Shown in pieces: positions 19,706 to 30,400 of a stretch of 64,000 nucleotides of DNA. Positions within the stretch are counted from its first letter, which is position 1. Every line of letters begins with the position of its first letter. Under the pieces are notes generated by a model. That model was not told the DNA's origin. It did not search any database and saw only the letters and a list, made by a program, of their open reading frames with translations. Position numbers and translations under genes: made by a program. This stretch comes from Candidatus Obscuribacteraceae bacterium (lineage in GTDB: Bacteria; Cyanobacteriota; Vampirovibrionia; Obscuribacterales; Obscuribacteraceae): assembly GCA_044226015.1 (NCBI GenBank), contig JBGAHS010000002.1, positions 979,435 through 1,043,434 on the forward strand. The letters are read 5' to 3'.

Positions 19706-21039
19706 GACTCACCCGATTGATAAATTGACGGCGTGAAGTCGCTCTGACTCCAGCGCTTCACATTGTCGTTGTAAACCGCAAATGAATAAAACATCGGAAA
19801 AATCGAAATCAGAATCAGCGAAATCCAATAGTTCGAAAAATCTGGAACATCTCTTTTCACAATCATACTCACAGCTCGAGTGCCACTATCGGTAAAAGCC
19901 CCCGACTCATAATCAAGACTTACATAGTATTTGCCAGAAGGAACATTTGAAAATCCAAGTTCTTCAGAACGAGAACCTTCTGACCATGACTCACCATCTG
20001 AATAGCCGTGATAGTACTCAATCGATTTCTCAAAAGGATAACTAACACCAGTGTCATTATTCACAAGAACGCCAGACACCCAGAACCAGGAGTTGTCTAC
20101 AGGCGCAAGGAAATACAAATCGACATTTGCCTTGTCCTTATCCAGTTGAAACACACGACTCGTTTGGCTGCCCTTTTTGTTCACCTCAAATGATATTTCT
20201 TCGGCATCAGCTATTTTGTTTGAAGACATAAAACAAGTGAGTATTTGAGCGCACGTTAGAAGTCCGGCAAAGATCAACCAAACTTTCTTCATCGAAGCAA
20301 GAGTTCGCTGGGAATGTGTTAGCTGGTTAGCCCCGACTCCTGAAGGCTTCCTAAACCCCTTGATCTTAAAAGCTTTGGCAACATCGTCAGCCTCTACATA
20401 CTCTCCAATGCTCCAATTAATTTCAAGCTTGTCCTTTTCAGAGGAAAGCATGTAAGGCGGGTTTATGTAGTCTGACATCTCGACAGATGTTTCAACATGC
20501 AGGTTCCAATAGAATTCTCCCAGCACAAATTCATAGACAGCAGATCCACGATTGAACAGTGTGTATTTTTTGCCATCTAGGAGAACTGATTTTGCGTTCG
20601 AATCATCTGGCACGTCTTTGATGGGGCGCACAAAATTCCAGTGCCCGCTTAAGTTCACCAGCCATCGATAACCATAATATGGGTTAAAGAGAAGATACTC
20701 TTCCCAATAATATGCACCATCTCGCCTAACGCAAAAACCAATACACTCCCACAGTTTCCCAAAAAGCGTGCCGCGAGTGCCGAATGCTATCAAAGGCTCT
20801 TGCCCACGTCTAGCATCGGCACAGCTATCTATTATTCTGAAGTTCGCATCTTGTGCATCGAGTACAGCCTTGCAAGACTGACACACCACAGAAAGTGATG
20901 CTCCAGGGTTACGTATAGTGACAGAGCCGCCGCAACGAGGACAAGAAATCACTTTGACTTTTCTTGGACGAGACGAGGCGGGCAAGTTAGGCTCGCCCTT
21001 TTTCGACTCAGACTCAAAATCGTGTGATTCACCAGCCAT
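19702..21039 (-). CDS. DUF4178-family protein with Zn ribbon and two TM segments
   Basis: CPRCG...CQSC, WEEYLLFNPYYGYRWL, GEFYW, YYHGYSDGESWSEGS. Confidence 0.8.
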   Translation of the reverse strand: MAGESHDFESESKKGEPNLPASSRPRKVKVISCPRCGGSVTIRNPGASLSVVCQSCKAVLDAQDANFRIIDSCADARRGQEPLIAFGTRGTLFGKLWECIGFCVRRDGAYYWEEYLLFNPYYGYRWLVNLSGHWNFVRPIKDVPDDSNAKSVLLDGKKYTLFNRGSAVYEFVLGEFYWNLHVETSVEMSDYINPPYMLSSEKDKLEINWSIGEYVEADDVAKAFKIKGFRKPSGVGANQLTHSQRTLASMKKVWLIFAGLLTCAQILTCFMSSNKIADAEEISFEVNKKGSQTSRVFQLDKDKANVDLYFLAPVDNSWFWVSGVLVNNDTGVSYPFEKSIEYYHGYSDGESWSEGSRSEELGFSNVPSGKYYVSLDYESGAFTDSGTRAVSMIVKRDVPDFSNYWISLILISIFPMFYSFAVYNDNVKRWSQSDFTPSIYQSGES

Positions 21040-21658
21040 CGATTTCCCTCAAGTGCTTGAATTTGAAATCGTCAAACTCCTGGTAGGAACCAACATAAAT
21101 TCGCGTTTGGTCGGGTGCACACTCAATTGTTGCCATCTGTTTTCTTGGACCGCGTAAGTCTAAACTACGAGACCTTCGTCCCGCAGCAGCATTCATTGGT
21201 AATTCACCCTCACTGAATATACAGACCACATCATGAATATCATCGACCATGAATTCACCATAGGGAGACAGGGTCAAGCGTTTGCCGAGAGAGAAATGAC
21301 TTGCGTCAAAGTTCTCATTGAATTGATACGGAAAACAAACCGCATAAAATCCCTGCGCCTCAGCCAACCAACCTTCTTTGCCGGCACTATCGATCGTATA
21401 CCACTCGTTCCAAAACCCGTCATGATAACGAATTTTCAAACGTCCGATGATATTGAAAAACTGATTCTTGTAATAGCCCTGGGTTCCTACCTGCAGTGGG
21501 GATATTTCGTCCTGCAAATCGGCCATTTTCCCAATGGCTTCAAGATTCATATCCTGTCGCACAAGAGTTGATTTGCAGTACTGACATACGGCAAACACAG
21601 AGGCTTTAGATAGAAACTTTACTTCAGCACCGCAAGAAGGGCAGCTTAGTTTCAACAT
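21029..21658 (-). CDS. Short DUF4178-family Zn-ribbon protein
   Basis: CPSCGA...CQYC, SPLQVGT, WNEWY, GWLAEAQG, EGELP. Confidence 0.8.
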   Translation of the reverse strand: MLKLSCPSCGAEVKFLSKASVFAVCQYCKSTLVRQDMNLEAIGKMADLQDEISPLQVGTQGYYKNQFFNIIGRLKIRYHDGFWNEWYTIDSAGKEGWLAEAQGFYAVCFPYQFNENFDASHFSLGKRLTLSPYGEFMVDDIHDVVCIFSEGELPMNAAAGRRSRSLDLRGPRKQMATIECAPDQTRIYVGSYQEFDDFKFKHLREIDGW

Positions 21659-22650
21659 CAGGAAATTCTCTTTAGTATCTCCGCTTTCTTCGCATCAAAC
21701 TCATCCTGGGTGATCAATCCCTTTTGAAGAAGATTCCCAAGCTTTTCCAACAACTCAAAAGGGTCGACTTCCGGTGCTTGTGCTTTTCCAGCATCAGCAG
21801 CATGCTGCGTATTTTGTGCAAACATCTGCCCGATGACTTGTCCGGCACCCAAGCCGACTCCAGCGCCAGCCAGTCCGCCTCCATTTGCCGCCGCTGCAGC
21901 AATGCTGTCGGCAGCCTGGAAATGTGCGTACTTGTTCAAATCGCCAACAAGATTCATAGAAGAGCGCTTGTCGAGATATTCTTGAAGCTCTTCCGGCAAA
22001 GTAATACTCTGCACCATAAAGGAACAAAGCTTCAATCCATAGGTGAAGAACACCGAATCAAGTTCTTTCTTCATTTCTTCAGAGAACAGCATCTGATTTG
22101 CTGCAAGGTCCAGAAATGCCGTCTCAGCCTTACCCAACTTTGTCGCAATGCCAGTAATAATCGCTGCACGTAACTGCCCATCTAACTCAGCAACAGTGTA
22201 GGTCTGCCGCGTTCCACTAATTTTTTGATAAAAAGTTGTAGGCTCTTCAATTTGATAGGAAAAGGTGCCAAACGCTCGCAAGCGAATTGCGCCAAATTCT
22301 TTGTCTCTTACTGTGATAGGTTGCTGCGTTCCCCAGCGCTGGTCAATTTGTTCTCTTGTAGAGAAGAAATAGACATCTGATTTGAAGGGCGACTTGAAGG
22401 CCTTATCCCAATTCAGCAAAGTTGTGAGTATCGGCAGGTTAGCGGTTGTTAGCTTGTAACGACCCGGAGTGAAAGAATCAGCTATGTTGCCCTCATTAAC
22501 AAACAAAGCGAGTTGCGTATCACGCACAGTCAATTGAGCACCGTTTTGAATTTCACGATCCAACGTGGGAAAACGATAGGCAAGGACGCCATCAGTCTCT
22601 TCGGTCCATTCGATTACTTCGATAAATTGCTTTTTGAAAATGTCAAACAT
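21658..22650 (-). CDS. SPFH/band-7 (YdjI-like) protein with C-terminal SHOCT domain
   Basis: QFIEVIEW, IQNGAQLTVR, SPFKSDVYF, WGTQQPIT; ends KGLITQDEFDAKKAEIL. Confidence 0.88.
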   Translation of the reverse strand: MFDIFKKQFIEVIEWTEETDGVLAYRFPTLDREIQNGAQLTVRDTQLALFVNEGNIADSFTPGRYKLTTANLPILTTLLNWDKAFKSPFKSDVYFFSTREQIDQRWGTQQPITVRDKEFGAIRLRAFGTFSYQIEEPTTFYQKISGTRQTYTVAELDGQLRAAIITGIATKLGKAETAFLDLAANQMLFSEEMKKELDSVFFTYGLKLCSFMVQSITLPEELQEYLDKRSSMNLVGDLNKYAHFQAADSIAAAAANGGGLAGAGVGLGAGQVIGQMFAQNTQHAADAGKAQAPEVDPFELLEKLGNLLQKGLITQDEFDAKKAEILKRIS

Positions 22651-22814
22651 AAGCGCTCCTCGCGTCCATCTTTGCAACAGGTATTGCTATTGCTGTCAGG
22701 ATAGCAAAACAGCTGATTTCATGCATGAGAACATGAGACTTAAGTTCTGCTGGACGCAGAAAGAAAATGCAGGATAATTGTCCTTCCTTCATTCTTACCA
22801 CTGGGAAAGCAAAG

Positions 22815-24155
22815 ATGAGTATTCATACACCCAAAGACACTGACAATCTCGTTATTTACAGTGTGTATGTCAGGGCCCACGGTCCAAGTGGGACATTCAA
22901 AGATGTAGAGAACGACCTCGAGCGCATCAAAGGAATGGGCGTAGACGTCGTCTGGTTCCTGCCCATACATCCCATCGGGAAACTAAAAGCCAAAGGCAGC
23001 CTTGGCTGCCCCTACAGCATCAGCGATTACCGGGGAGTTAACCCCGAGTATGGAACTGAGGAGGACCTGAAGCGCTTGATCAAAAAGGCGCATCAATTGG
23101 GTCTCAAAGTGATGATCGATGTGGTCTACCATCACACCTCACATGATTCAAACCTGATAACTGAACACCCCGAATGGTACCGACAAAATGCTGATGGAAC
23201 TCCACAGACTTCAGTTCCTGAATGGAGCGACATCATCGACTTGAACCATCCAAACGAAGAGCTGACTCAGTACCTGATTGACTCTTTGCGTAAATGGGTT
23301 GAGCTAGGCATCGATGGCTTCCGCTGCGACGTGGCTTCTTGCGTGCCGATTGAGTTCTGGAGTAAGGCAATAAAGAAACTGCGTGAAATAAATCCCGATT
23401 TGCTCTGGCTAGCAGAGTCAGTAAACCCTGATTTTATAAGGGACCGCCGAGCAGCAGGGCTCATCGCACATTCAGATGCTGAACTCTTCGAGCATTTCGA
23501 TATTTTGTACGACTATGACATTTGGTTTGCATTTAAAGCAGTTCTCGCCGGAAAAATGAGCATTGAACGTTATCTTGAGTTGATGGCACTGCAAGATGCG
23601 CACTTCCCGCACAATTTTTCAAAGATGCGTTTCGTTGAGAATCACGATCAAAAGCGCATCATGGATGCAGCCACAAGCGAGCGTCATGCATTTGCCTGGA
23701 CAGCCTTCCAAGCATTTAACAAGGGACCGTTTTTGATCTACGCTGGCCAGGAATCGAAAGATAAACGAACGCCATCGCTTTTTGAAAAAGAGGATGTGAA
23801 TTGGGACCAATATCAATGGCAAAACCGATTGACTAAATTATCGTTTCTGAAAAAGCACGAAATAATGCTCCACGGAAAATTCAAAATTCTCTCCAGCAGC
23901 CCCTGCCTTCAGGCTGCATGGGTGGAACCCTCCGGTCAAAGCCTCTATGGAATTTTCAATGTTGCAGGAAGTTCGAGCCAGGAAATTGAGACGCAAGCAC
24001 CTGACGGCGAATATGTAGACATTTGCTCAGAAACAGGAAGCCACATTGTGATCAAGAATGGCAAAACAAAGCTACCGGCAGATGCCTGCATCTTCCGAGT
24101 TAGCACCCGCTGCTCTTACAAGACCCATGTACCAGACTTCTGGACATATAATTAG
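22815..24155 (+). CDS. Alpha-amylase family (GH13) glycosidase
   Basis: WFLPIHPIG, DVVYHH, DGFRCDVA, LAES, FVENHD. Confidence 0.92.
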   Translation: MSIHTPKDTDNLVIYSVYVRAHGPSGTFKDVENDLERIKGMGVDVVWFLPIHPIGKLKAKGSLGCPYSISDYRGVNPEYGTEEDLKRLIKKAHQLGLKVMIDVVYHHTSHDSNLITEHPEWYRQNADGTPQTSVPEWSDIIDLNHPNEELTQYLIDSLRKWVELGIDGFRCDVASCVPIEFWSKAIKKLREINPDLLWLAESVNPDFIRDRRAAGLIAHSDAELFEHFDILYDYDIWFAFKAVLAGKMSIERYLELMALQDAHFPHNFSKMRFVENHDQKRIMDAATSERHAFAWTAFQAFNKGPFLIYAGQESKDKRTPSLFEKEDVNWDQYQWQNRLTKLSFLKKHEIMLHGKFKILSSSPCLQAAWVEPSGQSLYGIFNVAGSSSQEIETQAPDGEYVDICSETGSHIVIKNGKTKLPADACIFRVSTRCSYKTHVPDFWTYN

Positions 24156-24163
24156 CGCTCGAA

Positions 24164-25399
24164 TTAATCAGCGCACTGAATCACATGACCTTCGCGCACG
24201 AGTTGCTCTTTGTGCGCACCATTGAACTTCGAATCTTTCACAGGCTGCTTAAGCCCTTTCTCATCGTTTGAGAAAAAGGCATTTAAATCTGGAACTTCAC
24301 CCAGGACCGTAAACCTATCAAAGAGGTATGGCACACCATTGCTTCCGAGTATGTGGGGATCGTCCACAACATGAAAATGTAAATGAGGACCCGAAGTATT
24401 TCCCGTGTTTCCCACTTCAGCTATTTGCTGACCGCGCGAAACTTTGTCACCAACATTGACTTTAATGCTACCCGGTTTCAGGTGAGCATAAAATGCATAG
24501 AGCGACTCCGAGCCATTAGAGATTTTGAGCACGATAGAGTTGCCACCAGGATACTTGATGCGATCAGGACCTTTTACATCTTTGTATGGAGTCTGATTTT
24601 CGAAGCCTTGATTAACGCCCACCACTACTCCATCAGCCACCGCATATAGTGGCTGCGCATAACAAGAAGAACTCTCGCACTTTGAGCTATCACTTTTAGT
24701 TGAGAAACCTTGTTCATCAAGACGGACCCAATCAATGGCAAATCGTTGCGCACAATAGCGCTTGTTATCAATGCCGAATATCGCTCTGCGATGACCTGCT
24801 ACTCCTGCATAGCCACCGAATGCAACCCACTTCCCACCCTTGAACGGAGGGCTTATGACTAGAGCCGGCTTTTTGTTTACCTCAATACCCGAGCAATCAA
24901 CTATCTTCGTGGCTGGCTTTTTGTCGAAATCAATTGTTTTGTAGGTAAATCTGTAAGCAAGTCGATCTGGGCACTGACTCGGATTTTCAAATTCTAGATT
25001 CACAAACAAAACAACGTCTTGCCCCGCCTTCAAGACCGCTGTTTTGGTCTTATCGTATTTCAGCAATAAAGCAGCAATGTCCTTTGCAGCCAATTCTTTT
25101 AGCACAGAATTGTTTTCTGCGTTCAATATTTCAACCTTGCTGAGTTCAATCTCAGACACTGATACATTAGTCAAAAAGAGTTCATAAGCCAGGATAAACC
25201 TGCCCTCGCTACCCTGAAACAATTGCGGACTGACAGACTCCCGTACAAGCAACATAGTCCAATTAACAGCAGCCTCAGCAGGGTTTTTCGGGTCTCTTCC
25301 CTCAGAAGCAACTGCTGCTAATGCGCAAAAAACAAGAATCGCAGCAGTACTGCTAACTAGAGCAAGCTGAACTAATTGAAAACCAGAATTTACACGCAT
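24164..25399 (-). CDS. Exported M23-family metallopeptidase
   Basis: Signal peptide, YAVADG, YAHLKPGS, GNTGNTSGPHLHF. Confidence 0.9.
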   Translation of the reverse strand: MRVNSGFQLVQLALVSSTAAILVFCALAAVASEGRDPKNPAEAAVNWTMLLVRESVSPQLFQGSEGRFILAYELFLTNVSVSEIELSKVEILNAENNSVLKELAAKDIAALLLKYDKTKTAVLKAGQDVVLFVNLEFENPSQCPDRLAYRFTYKTIDFDKKPATKIVDCSGIEVNKKPALVISPPFKGGKWVAFGGYAGVAGHRRAIFGIDNKRYCAQRFAIDWVRLDEQGFSTKSDSSKCESSSCYAQPLYAVADGVVVGVNQGFENQTPYKDVKGPDRIKYPGGNSIVLKISNGSESLYAFYAHLKPGSIKVNVGDKVSRGQQIAEVGNTGNTSGPHLHFHVVDDPHILGSNGVPYLFDRFTVLGEVPDLNAFFSNDEKGLKQPVKDSKFNGAHKEQLVREGHVIQCAD

Positions 25400-25528
25400 T
25401 TTGACTCTCCAGAAACAAGAGACTCAATTTAGCACGAAGCGAACTAAACCAGGCAAGTTCAAAATAGTGAGATGCTCTTGTGCAAATAATTCATTAGCGA
25501 AAGAGGATGCTAAATTTGAAAGACTTAG

Positions 25529-26254
25529 CTAAATGTCAACGCGTTTTGCAGCAGCGGCCGGTCCACCCTGGCGATGAGTTCTGGCCCTCCACTTTTCCAG
25601 GGCTCGAATGCGCTTCCGTTCATTATTACCCTCTGAAAGCTGATCATCGTAGGGGTCGAGAATTTTGTCAAAAACGCGATAGCCGATTGTTGCCGCAGCG
25701 TTAGATGACTTGTAGCCCAGCTCTTGCGCAACCTCTGCCCATGAGCAGCCCTCATTAATCAACTCCATCAACCGAGCTTCCTTAGTGGATAACTGTTCCC
25801 TGATAAAAACATGGCGCATTTCGCGCGAGACAAGAACAACGTGACCCTGCATAGCAAGCTTTAATTCTGCCACCATGGATGGAATCTCAGCAAGTGGTGC
25901 ATGCTTGCACAAATATCCATCACAACCAGCTTGCAGAGCCCGCTCACCATCCTCCAACAATCGGGAGTTGGTCAAAACCAAAATTGTTCCGAAAAACCCA
26001 TCCGCATGACGAAGTTCTTTCACGATTCGAAGACCCGCCATAGAGTTGGCTTCCTTCAGCCCTTCTGATTTCGGAATCACAAGATCTACCAGCGCGCAAT
26101 CTAGCTTAGAGAGGTCGTTTGATCTAATCCACTCATTTGCAGCTTCTTCATTGTTCAATACTGCCAGTACCTTAGTGGCGCCATCCTCCTCAAGACACTC
26201 TTTGAGGATTTCAGCGAAATCAACATCGTCCTCCACTATTATTATGTTAATCAT
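25529..26254 (-). CDS. Response regulator (receiver plus NarL-like HTH)
   Basis: IIIVEDD, LVDLVIP, GCDGYLCK; C-terminal LSTKEARLMELINEGCSWAEVAQELG. Confidence 0.85.
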   Translation of the reverse strand: MINIIIVEDDVDFAEILKECLEEDGATKVLAVLNNEEAANEWIRSNDLSKLDCALVDLVIPKSEGLKEANSMAGLRIVKELRHADGFFGTILVLTNSRLLEDGERALQAGCDGYLCKHAPLAEIPSMVAELKLAMQGHVVLVSREMRHVFIREQLSTKEARLMELINEGCSWAEVAQELGYKSSNAAATIGYRVFDKILDPYDDQLSEGNNERKRIRALEKWRARTHRQGGPAAAAKRVDI

Positions 26255-28625
26255 TTTCAGAACCTCTGGCTTCCTGGACTATAGCACCCACAGTTGCCTT
26301 CGACGACATTGATAACGAACTACTTTTTTCTTCCACTATTATAGTATGTTGCCCCGTTGAAAGTATGTCCTCACCGGAATCTCCACCAGCCTCAAGATGA
26401 CTTGACGGCAGGGTTATCGTGAACGTTGTACCTCGTCCTACTTTGCTGCTCACTGCAATTTTCCCCCCAAAGGACTCCACGAAAGCGCTGACAATTTGCA
26501 GTCCCAAACCGTCGCCATTGCTACTTTTCAGCTCTTGCATCCGGCTCTTGTCAAACAGCAATGGAAGTTTGTCTTGGTCTATACCCTTACCATTGTCACT
26601 AACGAAAATCTGGTGAACATGTGCACTCGAGCGAGCTTCAATAGTAATATGAATTGCATTAGGATTATGGAGAATGGCATTTCTGATGAGGTTATCGAAT
26701 ATTCTGGACAACCTTAGCGGCACTGCATTCATCCAGAGAACGCGCTCAGGAAGTAAGAGTTCGATCTTGTCATTTTTCATCTCGGCGAGGGGACGGGCCA
26801 TCGCAACACAATCGATCAATATCTTGTTCAGCTGACAACGCTCAGAAACAAACCCCTCCTCATGCTCTGTAGATGAAACAACATAGCTAGAGGAGAGTTC
26901 ATGAAGAAGGTCGATCAAGCGGTTTGATGTCTTTGCCAGCTTATCTATCTTCTCAGAGACAGCCTCAGGCGGAAGCTCACCAAGCTTGAGCCTGGAGAGA
27001 ATCCAACTCATAACTGTAACTGGAGCCTTCAGATCATGATTGATTCGCCTTATGAACTCTTGTCGCCTATACTCATCTTGAAGAACTTCTTGAACCTGAA
27101 GCTCTGCTAATTGCCTCTTGAGCTCTTCTTCATACTTTTCCTCCTGCAGCTTAAGCCTCTCTTCAGCGTGCTCGAGTTGCCTCTTCAAGGAAAGGGTACG
27201 CTCATTTTCGCGTTCCCAAAGTGCAGCCGATAGAGACGCAATCATGATTGAAATCGATGGCACAATCACAGGGACAATCAAGCCAAAATAAGCAAAGACA
27301 AAACATGCCGTTAGATAACAAATGTTGATGCTAATAACACAACAGGCAATGTCTAAAATCAGACCTACAGCCAGAGTCTTTCCGAGTCCTTTGACTGATT
27401 TCATCAAATACTTCCAGGCAGACAAGAATGCTGCACCTAGCAAAGAACAAAGGAAGAGATACACAAGGCTTCCCGAAAAGGACAAGCGGTGGCGCCAACT
27501 ATGCCGAGCGATTGTGTCAATCGACTGAGCAATGATTTCGGACCCACTCATCAAGTTGACACCAAGATTTGTAAATGGCGTAGCGTAGACGTCGGTTACG
27601 CCATCACCCACAATGACAATGGCATCATCGAGTGTCACATCCTCGTTCTGAGGGTCAGCATTTTGAAGTAAGCGCGACTTTAGCGCAGGGTCCAACAGAT
27701 ATTGAAACGGTCTTACTGGATATAAGTCGGAGTTTGGAGGTCCGGCAAAATCAATGTCCATCTCACGGGGCAAATCAGGTGGAATTGTTTGCCCAAGAGC
27801 CTGCAGGACCTTAACAGTTATAGAACTTCGTTCCTTCGATTTTAGATCCGCAGCACTACATACGGTGCGTCGAACAACCAGATCTTCATCAAGCATCATG
27901 CTTGTTGTGCCAGTGTACTTCTTCAAAACATCCACACCCGGCTCAAGGTTTGAGAGTTCCTTCAAAACGCCAGATGGATTCGACGTTACATCGAGCTGTA
28001 AGATATTGATAAAACTGCGCCGATTGACAGTACTTGCCATCAAGACAGGAACCTTTTTTCCGGTCAGCGTGCCGTTTGAAGCTTCGCTAATTGCTTTTGC
28101 CAGAACAGCATCGTCTTCAGAAAACTGGGGGAAATCGTTGTCCAAAATCACAAGCTTGGCATTTGATTTAGCCAGAAAACGCACAATGTTTGCGATCTCT
28201 GCTCTTGAGTACGGAAACTTCATCAGGGGTTTCATCCACGGAAACGTTTCCACAGCCTCAGGCGGTGGCTCGTCTTCTAACAGATGATTGAAGATGACAA
28301 ACTTATTTTTTACCGGTATATGATTGGGCTCTAACAGCCAGCTCAGAGTATAATCCCACGCCCACCACCTTCGCGGAATTTCGTGCTTTTCGTGGTAAGC
28401 CCAAAGCCTGGATATATCTAAACGGTCGAAAGCTTCTGGCGACCATACAAGAAATCGCCTCGCCTCAAACATGCGATCTATCGTCTGCAGCTCTGCTCTG
28501 CTAAGCATGCCACTCATTAAAAGAATAGTGCCACTGAGGAAACATGACAGAACAAAAACCAGGAAGAGCAGAACACTCTGGCGCGTCTTGATTGCGCTAA
28601 ACAGCTTATGAAGACGCAGGTTCAC
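26247..28625 (-). CDS. CHASE2-domain sensor histidine kinase
   Basis: FPYSRAEIA, DDAVLAKAI, DEDLVVRR, DVYATPF, three TM segments, coiled coil, H-box INHDLKAP, DNGKGI, GLGL. Confidence 0.88.
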   Translation of the reverse strand: MNLRLHKLFSAIKTRQSVLLFLVFVLSCFLSGTILLMSGMLSRAELQTIDRMFEARRFLVWSPEAFDRLDISRLWAYHEKHEIPRRWWAWDYTLSWLLEPNHIPVKNKFVIFNHLLEDEPPPEAVETFPWMKPLMKFPYSRAEIANIVRFLAKSNAKLVILDNDFPQFSEDDAVLAKAISEASNGTLTGKKVPVLMASTVNRRSFINILQLDVTSNPSGVLKELSNLEPGVDVLKKYTGTTSMMLDEDLVVRRTVCSAADLKSKERSSITVKVLQALGQTIPPDLPREMDIDFAGPPNSDLYPVRPFQYLLDPALKSRLLQNADPQNEDVTLDDAIVIVGDGVTDVYATPFTNLGVNLMSGSEIIAQSIDTIARHSWRHRLSFSGSLVYLFLCSLLGAAFLSAWKYLMKSVKGLGKTLAVGLILDIACCVISINICYLTACFVFAYFGLIVPVIVPSISIMIASLSAALWERENERTLSLKRQLEHAEERLKLQEEKYEEELKRQLAELQVQEVLQDEYRRQEFIRRINHDLKAPVTVMSWILSRLKLGELPPEAVSEKIDKLAKTSNRLIDLLHELSSSYVVSSTEHEEGFVSERCQLNKILIDCVAMARPLAEMKNDKIELLLPERVLWMNAVPLRLSRIFDNLIRNAILHNPNAIHITIEARSSAHVHQIFVSDNGKGIDQDKLPLLFDKSRMQELKSSNGDGLGLQIVSAFVESFGGKIAVSSKVGRGTTFTITLPSSHLEAGGDSGEDILSTGQHTIIVEEKSSSLSMSSKATVGAIVQEARGSEND

Positions 28626-28634
28626 CAGAGCACC

Positions 28635-30140
28635 TCAATGTCCTAATCCTAAACCGCCTCCAGACCCGCCCCCCAAAATCGAGCCAAGACCACCAGTAAG
28701 TCCTCCAACGGTATTGCCCACGCCACCGACCAATCCACCGCCGTGCGTTCCGCCCGTAAGCCCCCCAGTGAGTCCTCCTACCGCACCAGTGACACCGCTG
28801 GTCACGCCTCCCAGCGCGCTGCTTGCACCGCCAGTGACACCACCCACCGCACCAGTGACACCACCGACTACGCCTGACATACCACTCACGGCACCGGTCA
28901 CCGCACCAACACCGCCCATAGTACCACCTACCAATCCATGACCTGCTCCGATACTTCCCAGAGCAGCTGTTGTTGTGGTCGGAAGCACGTTAATAGAAGG
29001 AACTATGTTTGCCCCTCCAGCCCTATTTAGGACGGGGCCATTTGTAAGCTGCGACAGATCCGACATTCTGTTGAGCGACCCACCCGGACCTATCAGCCCA
29101 GGAACGGCGCCACTTGCAGTATTGCTCAACTGACCTATGACACCGCGAGGTGGAAAGAAAGTAACCGATTGGGGCAATGCAAAAGCTGTTCCAGCGAGCG
29201 AACCCACGTTATAACTCAAGGTTGTTGGAACCGCAAGAATTTTCGACTCGGACGAAAGCGTTTGACTCAACAATGGCAAAGCACCGTCTTTAAGAAGCCC
29301 AGTACTGGCATCAAGCAGATTATTTACTGTAGGCAGAAGAGAGTTAAGCGTGCTCCCAACAAGAGGAAGGCTGCTAAGCGGGGTTTCCAGAGAATTTAGC
29401 AATGGATGCTCAAGTAAACTCTGTGGATTTGCCACGTAAAGCGAGGTGATTGTATTTTTCGTCTCGAAGACTTGAACAGGAGGAATATTTCCCAGGGCAA
29501 TTGGAGTCAAAGATTGCTGCGTCACATTTGCAGATGGACCCTGGCTAGAGGAACCAGATGCATTCGGCATCGATTGATTTAGTTCCTTGATTTCGTAAAT
29601 GACGCCTGGCTCCAAACGCAAAACACTTTTGTCTTTGCGATTCAAGATATCGACGCATCCTTCTAGCACCGTTATTCTTGTTGTATCATCGTGGCACTGG
29701 AACAGCACAGTGGTGCCTCGCAGACGGGCCTGAATAAGCTTCGTCCAGACGAAATAATCACTTTTATCCTTTCTATTTTTGTCGAGGTGATATAGCATCT
29801 CTCCACCAAGAAGATAGACGAGCCTCTGATTTGGTGCAATAGCATAAACAGAATTCGACCAGGCTCTAGCAGTAATGTAATTCCATGTAAGTTGCGCCCA
29901 CGATTTCTCACCAGTGCCAACTTGAGTTCCTTCTTGAAGAACATCACCTTTAGCAGCTTTCGATGGGTCACCCCACTCTTCCTTTTCCCAATCAACAAAG
30001 CCGCGCTTATAAACATCTCCGTGCGCTTCAGTAATCTTCGCTTCAGTGTTTTTCTCAGCCCTTGCAAAACAAGATGTTTGAGAAGTCAGAATCATGCACA
30101 AACTGATCGTTGCCAACACCGTGGCCATACAGTTCTTCAT
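28635..30140 (-). CDS. Exported FecR-domain protein with Gly-rich tail
   Basis: Signal peptide; VGTGEKSWAQL, ARLRGT, TRITVLEGCV typical of the FecR domain; C-terminal GGVTGAV-like repeats. Confidence 0.75.
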   Translation of the reverse strand: MKNCMATVLATISLCMILTSQTSCFARAEKNTEAKITEAHGDVYKRGFVDWEKEEWGDPSKAAKGDVLQEGTQVGTGEKSWAQLTWNYITARAWSNSVYAIAPNQRLVYLLGGEMLYHLDKNRKDKSDYFVWTKLIQARLRGTTVLFQCHDDTTRITVLEGCVDILNRKDKSVLRLEPGVIYEIKELNQSMPNASGSSSQGPSANVTQQSLTPIALGNIPPVQVFETKNTITSLYVANPQSLLEHPLLNSLETPLSSLPLVGSTLNSLLPTVNNLLDASTGLLKDGALPLLSQTLSSESKILAVPTTLSYNVGSLAGTAFALPQSVTFFPPRGVIGQLSNTASGAVPGLIGPGGSLNRMSDLSQLTNGPVLNRAGGANIVPSINVLPTTTTAALGSIGAGHGLVGGTMGGVGAVTGAVSGMSGVVGGVTGAVGGVTGGASSALGGVTSGVTGAVGGLTGGLTGGTHGGGLVGGVGNTVGGLTGGLGSILGGGSGGGLGLGH

Positions 30141-30400
30141 AGTAACCTCTCCCGATTGGGAAACACTTTCAATCCAACTAAATCGCCTGGATTTGATATG
30201 CCCATTTTACACCAAAGTCATAGTGTTTCTGAAGCTAGTAGTCACCTTAAATTTGCTCTGGGACCTATTTCTAACCAAACGGCTATTTTTCTTTCTATAG
30301 TCTGCAACAGCTAGATGCCTATGAACAGCTATTTTCCACTTGTTTTGTTAGGGTAGCTCACGGAAGACTGATACTAAGTGCATAAAGGAGGGAACTTGAT

